From Candidatus Altiarchaeota archaeon (GTDB lineage: Archaea > Altiarchaeota > Altiarchaeia > IMC4 > SCGC-AAA252-I15), in the NCBI GenBank assembly GCA_043813075.1, contig JBDRLL010000024.1, positions 1 to 23,422 of the forward strand: a stretch of DNA of 23,422 nucleotides. The letters are read 5' to 3'. The notes beneath the pieces are model-generated. The model did no database searches. It was given only the letters and a program-made list of their open reading frames with translations, and was not told the origin of the DNA. Shown in pieces: positions 1 to 7,738 of the stretch (position 1 is the first letter of the stretch; every line of letters starts with the position of its first letter). A program made the position numbers and the translations under genes.

Positions 1-356
1 GCGTAAGACAGGTTGTTCTGCGGGTACTTCCCGTCAATCAAGTCCTTTGTATACCTTTCATACCACCCCAATTCCGTGCAAGAACAGCCCATGTAAACTA
101 TGTCCGGATTATTCTCCTCGTAATACTCCAGCTTCTTCCCATAACTTGGCCTAACCCACAAGAGGTCGTCGTCTTCAACGTGAACTGCCTTCATTTGAAC
201 GGGGTTAGGACCCCCGAACTCTATCATCTCAGGCTTCAGCACATACGAGAATCCAACAACGTTCAATACTACTTCAATGAGGATGATTACGGTAAACAGG
301 GAGGTGATTAATAACGATATGCCTGCAAAAAACTCTTTAAGCAGTCTCCAATTCAT
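1..356 (-). CDS. Membrane-anchored SGNH/GDSL hydrolase-like protein (N-terminal part, runs off window)
   Basis: Manual translation from ATG at 356: MNWRLLKEFFAGISLLITSLFTVIILIEVVLNVVGFSY...DDDLLWVRP...PDIVYMGCSCTELG. N-terminal TM helix plus block-I-like G-x-S-x-T motif. Open to window edge and absent from the ORF track. Confidence 0.6.
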   Translation of the reverse strand, partial: MNWRLLKEFFAGISLLITSLFTVIILIEVVLNVVGFSYVLKPEMIEFGGPNPVQMKAVHVEDDDLLWVRPSYGKKLEYYEENNPDIVYMGCSCTELGWYERYTKDLIDGKYPQNNLSY

Positions 357-463
357 ACCCTCATTAATTATACTCTCTTTAATTAAAACCTAACTGGCAT
401 GTCTTGATTACCCCCTGAGATTCGCATCCTCTTCAACAGACCTAGGCATACTAATTCCAGGGA

Positions 464-478
464 GAAAAAGCTTAAAAA
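464..478 (+). promoter_or_regulatory. Putative BRE/TATA promoter for the DEAD-box helicase
   Basis: GAAAAAG-CTTAAAAA resembles GAAAAG-CTTTTTAAG upstream of L14e and implies a leader of about 160 nt. Confidence 0.45.
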
Positions 479-661
479 CACTCAAATCCGCCATACTATT
501 TGATTTATATACTCATACTTCGTACATATCTGAAAGAGAGTAGAATTTGGATTCGTTTTTACGAGATGATTGTTTTTCACATTAAACTGAAAAATTCTAT
601 CAGACGAGTAAAGAAATAAAAGAACCTGATTCTACAAACGTAAAACAGAAGTTGATTTAGA

Positions 662-1792
662 ATGGAAACCATAGAATTTGGAGAACTAGACTTGAGCAGT
701 CAAGTCTTACAGGATTTGGAATACCATGGGCTTAAGACAACAATGCCCATACAAACGGAGTCCATACCCGTCTTAATGAGCGGTAGGGACTTGATGGCGC
801 AGGCCAAGACAGGCACAGGAAAGACGCTGGCCTTCGCAATACCTATCGTGGAGAAGGTTAATCAGGAAGACCGGAGTGTTCAGGCGCTCGTCATAACACC
901 CACAAGGGAGCTTGCGATGCAGGTTTCAGGCGAGATAAAGAAGATCGGCTACAAGAAGAGGATTAATGTGGCGTGCGTTTACGGCGGTAAGAGCGTTAGC
1001 ACGCACGTTCAGATGCTTAGGAACGGATCTCAGATAGTCGTCGGCACTCCAGGGAGAATACTCGACCTCATAAACAGGAGGGCTTTAAACCTTGGTGGCG
1101 TTAGGATGCTCGTCCTTGACGAGGCAGATAGGATGCTTGACATGGGATTCATCGACGACATAAGGCGTATAATCTCTAACACCCCGCGTGAACGGCAGAC
1201 GATGCTGTTCTCAGCCACATTGAACGAGAGCGTGAAGGGTATGGCCCAGTCCATCATGAACGACCCGCTCGACATCTCGACCGGACAGGACGAGCTGCTT
1301 GTGGATGACATAGAGCAGTCCTACTATGAGGTTCCCCAGGAGGATAAGCTGGACGTGTTCATAGACGTTGTCAAGAAGGAGAAGCCGTCAAGCGCGATAG
1401 TATTCTGCAACACCAAACGTTGGGCTGACACGCTCATAAAGCTGATGAAGCGGAGGGGTATTGACGGAAGGGCTCTCCACGGAGACATGACGCAGGGCCA
1501 GAGGGAGGCGGTCATGGAAGGATTCAGGAAGAACCGTTTCAAGTTCCTCGTGGCCACCGACGTTGCCGCGAGGGGGCTGGACATCGACGACGTGAGTCAC
1601 GTGTTCAACTACGACATACCCATAGACCCTGAAAACTACGTCCACCGTGTTGGTAGGACCGGTCGTGCTGGAAAGGCGGGTAAGGCGATATCCTTCGTAA
1701 GCCAGCGGGAGATAAGGAGTCTCTGGGATATTGAAAACAGGTGCGAGACCACGATACCCAAGGCAGACTTAGCGTCCTTAAAGTGGGCGTAA
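662..1792 (+). CDS. DEAD-box ATP-dependent RNA helicase (core only, DeaD/CshA-like)
   Basis: Q motif (F..L.L, MPIQ), AKTGTGKT, PTRELA, GG, TPGR, DEAD, SAT, HGDMTQ, TDVAARGLD, HRVGRTGRAG. Confidence 0.97.
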   Translation: METIEFGELDLSSQVLQDLEYHGLKTTMPIQTESIPVLMSGRDLMAQAKTGTGKTLAFAIPIVEKVNQEDRSVQALVITPTRELAMQVSGEIKKIGYKKRINVACVYGGKSVSTHVQMLRNGSQIVVGTPGRILDLINRRALNLGGVRMLVLDEADRMLDMGFIDDIRRIISNTPRERQTMLFSATLNESVKGMAQSIMNDPLDISTGQDELLVDDIEQSYYEVPQEDKLDVFIDVVKKEKPSSAIVFCNTKRWADTLIKLMKRRGIDGRALHGDMTQGQREAVMEGFRKNRFKFLVATDVAARGLDIDDVSHVFNYDIPIDPENYVHRVGRTGRAGKAGKAISFVSQREIRSLWDIENRCETTIPKADLASLKWA

Positions 1793-1803
1793 AAGATAAT
1801 GAT

Positions 1804-1837
1804 GGGGGTCAAACACCCCCTACCCTATTTTTTTTTT
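1804..1837 (+). terminator. Terminator after helicase
   Basis: GGGGG-tcaaaca-CCCCC hairpin followed by a T10 run, between convergent genes. Confidence 0.65.
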
Positions 1838-1854
1838 AATTGAGCATCTCTGTG

Positions 1855-4119
1855 CTAGAGATAATTCCTTCTTGAGAACCTTGACGTCAGTGTCACTAAA
1901 AATCCGAGCGTGAAGTACCCTATTATCGCCTGAATCATAGTGTCCCTGAAGCCCAACTCCACCATCACCGTCATAGCGTACACGGCTCCGATGACGGACG
2001 AGACAGTGCTTATCCCATAAGTGATTGGTATCACATCCTCCCTCCCCATCTCAGAAAGCCTTAAGACCGCGTACGGATAGAACACGCCCAGACACAGGCC
2101 GACAGGCGCTATGATGCAAGCCGACATTAGAAGCCTGAACGCCAGGCCATCGCCCAGCATATTCCGGTTCACATACTCTACGGCAGTGAAGCACGCGAAA
2201 ATTATCATGCATACTATGAACGGGAACAACCTCATGTCAACCATACTCCTTATCCTACCCAACGCAATGCTCCCGAAACCGCTCGTCATCAGGAATATGC
2301 TTAGTACAGTGGCCATGCTGATGAACGGGTTCTGCAGGAATAACTCCAGTTTGGCTATGAACACTATCTCGCACACAAGATAGCAGAATCCGGTGATAAA
2401 AAGGTATGCTAGGACCTGTTTCGGCAGTCTCCCCGACTTCCTTGAATAAGCCAGGCTTAAGACAATAGAGGACATGACGGACACAATCATCAGGGTCGTT
2501 ATCTTAGCCCAACCTGAATAGCGTTTCTCATATATCTCAGGGGATATGATGGAATACTCCCCCAAACCCAGGCCAGCGAGGAACGGCCTGTCGTCAGTGA
2601 CTAGTCTATCACCCCCCTCAATAAGCCCCTCTATCAGCGAGTAATCCCCCCTTAATCCTGGGGCATACGCCATCTCAAGCTTAGGGTTCTCCTCAAGCTC
2701 CAGCAGGCCCTCAAGCTCGCTTCTCGAGAATCCTGTCGGCGAAATCAGCATCCTCCTCTCCCTACCATAGTTGAACATGACTATGGACTCGTTGAACCGT
2801 TTAAAACCCCTCTCATCCAGCACAGTCTTCATGTTAGCGAGAAAGACGTCGTGCCACATCATGTCCCCATAATACAACAGCACTCCGTTAGGATCCATGT
2901 GGTCGAGATAGAGCCTGAAAGCCTCAATAGTATCCAAGTACTTCCTGCTGTGCGCGGTAAGATACTGGGCGGTAGCCGCATGACTTGAAATGCACACCAC
3001 ATCATAAATCCCCTCATCCTCCTGCAGGAAGCTCCTGCCCTCCCGCAACTCAAGGTTAACGTTCGGCAGCCCATAGAACTCTGCGAGTCCAAAACCGCTT
3101 AATTCAGGCGCAGTCAACGCAATCTCCCTGACTAAAGGATTCAACTCAACCCCCGTGACATTCGCCCGGCCACCGGAATACTCGTTGAAGTAGATCATGT
3201 CATACCCGCATCCCGCAAACATCACCAGGACCTTGTTCACACTGCGGTTCAATAGAAACGCGGACTTGCTGAAATCCACGCCACCCCCACGCGGAGAATC
3301 CCCACTATACTGCCTGACCCCCACCCCACTATACGCCGCATCATGGACTATCAAATACTCCCCCTCATCAGGGAAAGACAGCAAGGCAACCCTTGAAAAC
3401 TCGTTCCACCCGTGCGCAACATCAACAACACGCCTCCTCCTGAGGAACAGGTTCTCAAAATCATAGTTATCCTCCATGAAAGAGACAATCCAAAAACTAG
3501 CCGTGCACAACAAGACTGACGCCAACAAAAGAAGAGCCTTACCCCTAACCTGCCTGCCCGAAAAATAAACCCCAAAAACAGATATGACCAGGAAATACGA
3601 GGAGACTAAGGCCGGCAAGTCCAGGAAGTGGAACAAAACCGGTGTCGTGAAGCAAGCCAGCGCCGCCCCAGTCAAGTCGGCCCCGTAAAGCACCCCCACC
3701 TGGCTCCCACCCATCATGTAGACTACTGCAAAAACCCTGCCGATAAAAAAGAAAGGCACTGAAAACACGAGTATGAACACGACAATCTTGAAGACACTCA
3801 CCAGGCTGAACAGGAAATGACCCCTACCCAGCCAGAAAGAAATCCCGAAAAACACCATCACAAACAACACAGAGAAGAAAGCAGATGCTATAAAATGCGT
3901 CAAACCCCTCCTCAAGTCAAAACCACCAGCCGGCACACCCCTCAAGTGGACGTAAAGACTCCCCACAGCAAGACCGAAAAGCGTTATCGGTATCGCCAGA
4001 AAACTGTTCTCATAACCCAGGTGAAAGTTAGCCACCCTGTTGATAATCAACTCGAGACTCAACACAGAGAAAGACGACAAAAACACGAGAAGCTTAAGAC
4101 TAGTCCCCCCACCACTCAT
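1855..4119 (-). CDS. Membrane-bound spermidine-synthase-like / class I SAM-binding protein (TM block - Rossmann domain - TM block)
   Basis: N-terminal LELII.R, GLAVGS, LYGADLTGAALAC; central KVLVMFAGCGYD, VTGVELNP, EGRSFL, YDVV, YLDTIEAF; VTDDRPF; C-terminal TM block with EIVFI.KLELFL.NP. Confidence 0.8.
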   Translation of the reverse strand: MSGGGTSLKLLVFLSSFSVLSLELIINRVANFHLGYENSFLAIPITLFGLAVGSLYVHLRGVPAGGFDLRRGLTHFIASAFFSVLFVMVFFGISFWLGRGHFLFSLVSVFKIVVFILVFSVPFFFIGRVFAVVYMMGGSQVGVLYGADLTGAALACFTTPVLFHFLDLPALVSSYFLVISVFGVYFSGRQVRGKALLLLASVLLCTASFWIVSFMEDNYDFENLFLRRRRVVDVAHGWNEFSRVALLSFPDEGEYLIVHDAAYSGVGVRQYSGDSPRGGGVDFSKSAFLLNRSVNKVLVMFAGCGYDMIYFNEYSGGRANVTGVELNPLVREIALTAPELSGFGLAEFYGLPNVNLELREGRSFLQEDEGIYDVVCISSHAATAQYLTAHSRKYLDTIEAFRLYLDHMDPNGVLLYYGDMMWHDVFLANMKTVLDERGFKRFNESIVMFNYGRERRMLISPTGFSRSELEGLLELEENPKLEMAYAPGLRGDYSLIEGLIEGGDRLVTDDRPFLAGLGLGEYSIISPEIYEKRYSGWAKITTLMIVSVMSSIVLSLAYSRKSGRLPKQVLAYLFITGFCYLVCEIVFIAKLELFLQNPFISMATVLSIFLMTSGFGSIALGRIRSMVDMRLFPFIVCMIIFACFTAVEYVNRNMLGDGLAFRLLMSACIIAPVGLCLGVFYPYAVLRLSEMGREDVIPITYGISTVSSVIGAVYAMTVMVELGFRDTMIQAIIGYFTLGFLVTLTSRFSRRNYL

Positions 4120-4154
4120 GTATGATATTAAACACCCAAACTAAAAATCCAGGC

Positions 4155-4463
4155 TCACACCTGGCTAACACTGCCAGTCCACACGATAAACAGCAAGCAG
4201 CCCCCAGGCCCAGTCGACACCTGATGCACGCCCTCAGTCGAATTCACTATGAAATCACCGGCCCCATGCTCCCCCGCCTGGTCAGTGAAGCCACCATCCA
4301 AAACATAAACCCACTCAAAACCATCATGCACGTGAGGCATGTCAGTGAAATCCGAATCAATCCTAATCAAATCAGCTTGGATGCCCTTCTCACTGTTGAC
4401 CGCCAACGGCCTCCTCCACACACCCTCCCGCAGCATAACCCAATCATCATCCACGCTAATCAA
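4155..4463 (-). CDS. Cupin-domain protein (ChrR-like cupin)
   Basis: W......GVWRRPL, PHVHDGFEWVYVLDGGF.D, G...GDFIVN, H.V.T..GGCLLF. Confidence 0.8.
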   Translation of the reverse strand: MISVDDDWVMLREGVWRRPLAVNSEKGIQADLIRIDSDFTDMPHVHDGFEWVYVLDGGFTDQAGEHGAGDFIVNSTEGVHQVSTGPGGCLLFIVWTGSVSQV

Positions 4464-4846
4464 CCCACAGTCTTCTCCTTAACCTTCTCTTGGAACTCCG
4501 GAACCCTCTTAAGCTTACCCAACCTCCTCAAACGCGCAAGCTTCAAAAACCTGGCGAAACGCGCGACACGAAAAATCCTGAACACAGGAACCGCAGACAA
4601 CACATCCAACCAATTCCTATACAAAAACACGCGCAAAGGCCCGTTAAAACCCCTCCAAAGGAACCACAAGTCCGCTATAAACACGCACAACGCGGTGATG
4701 TCTATCACATACAGGAAAATCAGCCGACCCTCATCCAACTCATACATGAACTCCAATGAAACCGAGACAACACTAACCACGGCAGCAGTGAAAACAACCA
4801 CATCCCACAGGAGATGCCTCCACGTAATCTGACCCCCATCCCTCAT
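4460..4846 (-). CDS. Stand-alone voltage-sensor-like (ion transporter S1-S4) membrane protein without pore
   Basis: S2 FIAD, S3 NWLDVLSAVP, S4 RIFRVARFARFLKLARLRRLGKLKR. Start ATG 4846 or TTG 4852. Stop overlaps the cupin start (ATGA). Confidence 0.8.
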   Translation of the reverse strand: MRDGGQITWRHLLWDVVVFTAAVVSVVSVSLEFMYELDEGRLIFLYVIDITALCVFIADLWFLWRGFNGPLRVFLYRNWLDVLSAVPVFRIFRVARFARFLKLARLRRLGKLKRVPEFQEKVKEKTVG

Positions 4847-4887
4847 AAACAATCAAAAATTAAACCCCCCGACAGATAAAACAAAAC

Positions 4888-4902
4888 AAAACCTTATAAA
4901 TA
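4888..4902 (+). promoter_or_regulatory. BRE/TATA promoter of the tRNA-Ile2 locus
   Basis: AAAACC-TTATAAATA. Confidence 0.65.
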
Positions 4903-4940
4903 AACCAACCCCATAATATTACCCGAAAACACACAAAAAC

Positions 4941-5062
4941 GGGCCTGTAGCTGAACCTTACCAAGGTTCACGAACGGGCCATCTTCACCTAACGGCTCGA
5001 TGACCCTGAACAACCAAATTCAGGCGAGTAGCAAAAAACAACATACACAAGGGCCTGTAGCT
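4941..5062 (+). mobile_element. Structured non-coding mini-insert flanked by a 12-bp duplication of the tRNA-Ile2 5' end
   Basis: GGGCCTGTAGCT at 4941-4952 and 5051-5062. Internal hairpins TGAACCTT/AAGGTTCA, GGGCCATC/GATGACCC and CCTGAA/TTCAGG. Confidence 0.55.
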
Positions 5063-5125
5063 CAGTTCGGTTAGAGCGCTCGACTCATAATCGAGTGGTC
5101 GTGAGTTCGAGTCTCATCAGGCCCA
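5051..5125 (+). tRNA. tRNA-Ile2 (CAT, agmatidine type); Met elongator less likely
   Basis: Cloverleaf with GGGCCTG/CAGGCCC acceptor, CTCGA-CTCATAA-TCGAG anticodon arm and GTGAG-TTCGAGT-CTCAT T arm. GGGCC acceptor and A73 are typical of archaeal Ile tRNAs. CCA not encoded. Confidence 0.93.
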
Positions 5126-5160
5126 AGTTTTTTTTATCTGATAATTCATATTGATAATCT

Positions 5161-6519
5161 ATGAAATGTATTTTCTACCTAATACTTGTTGTTATACTGT
5201 GTGGTTGCATTAGTTCACTATCTGAAACAACAACCACAACTCAGCCTACTCTGGTCGTCAAGCCAACTATGCCATCTATTGTTACTTCTACGAAGCCAAC
5301 AACCACTAATCCCTCGGTGGAATTTTTCTGTGGGGATGGTATTTGCGATGCAAAGGAGAAGAAACTGGCCAGCTGCCCTCAAGATTGCAAAGAACTTTCT
5401 TGTACAAATGAATGCGGTGACGGGGAATGTGATTATGTCATATGTAAAAAAAATCCCTGTCCTTGTTTAGAGACAAAGAAGAACTGCCCCACTGATTGTG
5501 GACTAGAAGTCGAGCAAAATCCAGTTATCAAAAGTGTTTCTGTTGAAGGAGATCCCATAACTATAAAATCACAGGGGGACTTATGGCTGAACACTTGGGC
5601 AGATGATGATAATATTTACACAAGTTGGGGGGATGGTACTGGTTTTGGAAAAATTGAGACCGATTTTGGTATAGCAAAATTATTTGGCAATCCACCGAAT
5701 TTAGTGGGGGAGAACATATACAATGATCCTTGGCTCCTAGAAGAATGCGATTGCTCACATTGTGAAGAACGAGACAAAGAATGTTTTAAATCCTGTTCTG
5801 GACCCTGTAATGATAAGCCATCTAGCTTATTGTTTATTGATGGTAGGCTCTATGCTTACATTCATTCACCCCTTGGTGATCCAATGGTTGGTTATTTAGC
5901 TTATTCAGATGATTATGGCTTGACTTGGACAAGACTCAAAGATAGTTCCCCTTGGAAAGCATCTGATAAGTATGCAAATGATGGTAAATCTAAAATAGGA
6001 TCAAATTTTAGATGTATGTTTTTTATCAATATGGGCAAAAACTATAATTTGAATACTGATGATTATGTATATGCTTTTGGAATTGGCAGGGAATGGGGCT
6101 GGTATGAAGGTGTATACTTAGCAAGAGTGCCTAAAAACAAAATATTGGATTATTCCTCTTATACATATTTCATGGGGATGCAAAATAATCAACCACAGTG
6201 GTCTTTTCAGGAATCTAATGCACAACCGATTGCAGGTCTAACAACACCCGCCCAATTTTCATCGATATACCATCCAGGCATAAAAAGGTATATTATTCTT
6301 ACAGAAGAAAACCTGTATGAAGCCCTAAATCCCTGGGGGCCATGGACCCTGGCGGGAAGATGGGTGAAAAAAGGATGGCGTGGCTATCAACCCGGAATAA
6401 TCAGCAAAGATACAGGAGACGATTATTTTTGGTTTACAATAGCAGGCCAACCGTCTATAGGACAAGATATAAATTATAATCTAAATATTGGAAAAATAAC
6501 AATGAAACTCCGTGATTAA
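5161..6519 (+). CDS. Secreted lipoprotein: Thr-rich linker, Cys-rich CGDGxC repeats, DUF4185-like beta-propeller/glycosidase-like domain
   Basis: Lipobox-like ILCGC; CGDGICD and CGDGECD repeats; GDLWLNTWADD..YTSWGDGTGF, KPSSLLFIDG.LY, Asp-box AYSDDYGLTW, DDYVYAFG, VYLARVP, YEA.NPWGPW. Confidence 0.75.
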   Translation: MKCIFYLILVVILCGCISSLSETTTTTQPTLVVKPTMPSIVTSTKPTTTNPSVEFFCGDGICDAKEKKLASCPQDCKELSCTNECGDGECDYVICKKNPCPCLETKKNCPTDCGLEVEQNPVIKSVSVEGDPITIKSQGDLWLNTWADDDNIYTSWGDGTGFGKIETDFGIAKLFGNPPNLVGENIYNDPWLLEECDCSHCEERDKECFKSCSGPCNDKPSSLLFIDGRLYAYIHSPLGDPMVGYLAYSDDYGLTWTRLKDSSPWKASDKYANDGKSKIGSNFRCMFFINMGKNYNLNTDDYVYAFGIGREWGWYEGVYLARVPKNKILDYSSYTYFMGMQNNQPQWSFQESNAQPIAGLTTPAQFSSIYHPGIKRYIILTEENLYEALNPWGPWTLAGRWVKKGWRGYQPGIISKDTGDDYFWFTIAGQPSIGQDINYNLNIGKITMKLRD

Positions 6520-6535
6520 GAATAAATGATGGAGA

Positions 6536-6566
6536 TGGTCGTGAGTTCGAATCTCATCAGGCCCAA
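6536..6566 (+). repeat. att-like direct repeat of the tRNA-Ile2 3' end (31 bp, 1 mismatch)
   Basis: TGGTCGTGAGTTCGAaTCTCATCAGGCCCAA versus 5096-5126 TGGTCGTGAGTTCGAgTCTCATCAGGCCCAA. Confidence 0.95.
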
Positions 6567-6586
6567 ATTATTGTGTTTTCGTTTTC

Positions 6587-7072
6587 CTATTTTTTGTCGG
6601 CTTTGAGTATTTCTTTTAGTTTTTGTCTGTGTTTGTTTATGTCTTCTGTGGTTAGTTTTTGTATGTGGTCGTATGTTTTGGCGTTGAAGTTTTCGGCTGT
6701 TTTTATGAGTCGTCTGGCGTCTTCTTTTGTGACCTGGAAGTCTATGTAGTATTGTTTGTCCACGCGCTCCCTTTTCGCTTTCTGGATTTCCGCGTTATCC
6801 AATCCGAATACATCATGGACTATGATTATGGTGGCTGAGTGGTTCTCAGATTTTATGCCTGCCTTGAAGAGGAGGGATAGTGCGGAGTAGTACATGCTGT
6901 AGTATGTCATCGATACTGCTTCCTCTAGCTTGTTATTGTCCAAGAGTATTTTCGACGAGGAGAGGTAGCTCTCTGATTTCTTGAGGTAGGCTTCTTTGAT
7001 TTCGTCGCTTGGTTCCACCATCTGGAGCTTGCCCTCCTCACTGATTTTAGCCAAAAAATCCTGTTTTTTCAT
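6587..7072 (-). CDS. HEPN domain protein (putative toxin)
   Basis: YLKKSESYL.S...LL, YYSMYYSA..LL...GIKSENH, R...QY; overlaps the upstream MNT gene. Confidence 0.85.
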   Translation of the reverse strand: MKKQDFLAKISEEGKLQMVEPSDEIKEAYLKKSESYLSSSKILLDNNKLEEAVSMTYYSMYYSALSLLFKAGIKSENHSATIIIVHDVFGLDNAEIQKAKRERVDKQYYIDFQVTKEDARRLIKTAENFNAKTYDHIQKLTTEDINKHRQKLKEILKADKK

Positions 7073-7592
7073 AGTATCTTTCGACGCCTTTAATTATTAC
7101 GTGGTTTTTCTCAATCTCCCTGGCCAGCAGGTTGTCTTTGTCGTAGTCCCCGATTTTAACGCTTAAGCTGCTGTCCAAATATTCGAGTTCGGTTTTTATC
7201 TTCCTTTTTTTAGTTTCCGCGTATATGTCTATGTCGCTGTCCTTTGTTGCCGTGTTTTTCGCGTAGCTTCCGAACAGGAGTGCCATATTAATCCTCTGGT
7301 CGCACTGTATCCTCTCCACCATCCTTCTTAGGTGGGGGTACCTGTCAAGGACCTTAACGAGCTTGTAGTGTTCGGCCATGAAGATGTAGCCTCTTGTCTC
7401 AACGGTTTTTTTGAGGAAATAGGTCTTGTTTTTGCCTGCCTCATGGAAGTCGACCACGTTAGCCCTTAAGAGTTCTTTGAGTCTGCGGTTGACGGTCATG
7501 TGGTTGGTTTTCATTTTTTTGGCTAACAGCCGGGGGTGGTTCTCCTCCTTCAGGAGGGCGTCAACCAACTCTAGTGTTAAATTCTGTTCCAC
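7047..7592 (-). CDS. wHTH-fused minimal nucleotidyltransferase (MNT, putative antitoxin)
   Basis: N-terminal wHTH (HPRLLAKKMKTNHMTV.RRLKEL...NVV); LFGSYAK....KDSDIDI motif. GTG at 7592 fits TATA spacing better than TTG at 7601. Confidence 0.88.
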   Translation of the reverse strand: MEQNLTLELVDALLKEENHPRLLAKKMKTNHMTVNRRLKELLRANVVDFHEAGKNKTYFLKKTVETRGYIFMAEHYKLVKVLDRYPHLRRMVERIQCDQRINMALLFGSYAKNTATKDSDIDIYAETKKRKIKTELEYLDSSLSVKIGDYDKDNLLAREIEKNHVIIKGVERYYEKTGFFG

Positions 7593-7623
7593 ATGTAACA
7601 AATATGTTACATCATTTATAAAT
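7593..7623 (-). promoter_or_regulatory. TATA box plus palindromic operator of the MNT-HEPN operon
   Basis: TTTATAAA (7623-7616) followed by perfect inverted repeat ATGTAACA-n4-TGTTACAT (7593-7612). Confidence 0.7.
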
Positions 7624-7679
7624 GAAAATTAACAATAATTTATCGTCCAGCCAGGGTGTGGAACTTGGTGGGTGACTGG

Positions 7680-7690
7680 CATCAGGCCCA
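7680..7690 (+). repeat. Third, shorter copy of the tRNA-Ile2 3' end (11 bp)
   Basis: CATCAGGCCCA equals 5115-5125, is intergenic, ends at the discriminator base and is followed by a T-tract. Confidence 0.75.
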
Positions 7691-7738
7691 CTTTTTATCA
7701 TAATCCATCATTGTAAAGTAGTCACCTTAGTAAATCCC

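Larger units (their letters stand above)
5126..6566. mobile_element. tRNA-anchored cassette 1 (single AT-rich gene)
   Basis: Bounded by the tRNA 3' end and a 31-bp copy of it; visibly more AT-rich than its flanks. Confidence 0.75.
6567..7690. mobile_element. tRNA-anchored cassette 2 (MNT-HEPN module)
   Basis: Lies between the 31-bp repeat and an 11-bp third copy of the tRNA 3' end. Confidence 0.6.

Noticed and set aside
4122-4832. 236-aa plus-strand ORF (and nested 4490-4759)
   Set aside because: Antisense to the cupin and voltage-sensor genes; stop-codon depletion is explained by the A+C skew
6531-6560. GGAGATGG as a fluoride riboswitch start
   Set aside because: Downstream pairing and GCTGATG elements are absent; the sequence is explained by the att repeat
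4941-6566. Split or permuted tRNA interpretation of the tRNA-Ile2 fragments
   Set aside because: An intact gene is present, and the fragments lack the anticodon arm and complementary leader or BHB sequences
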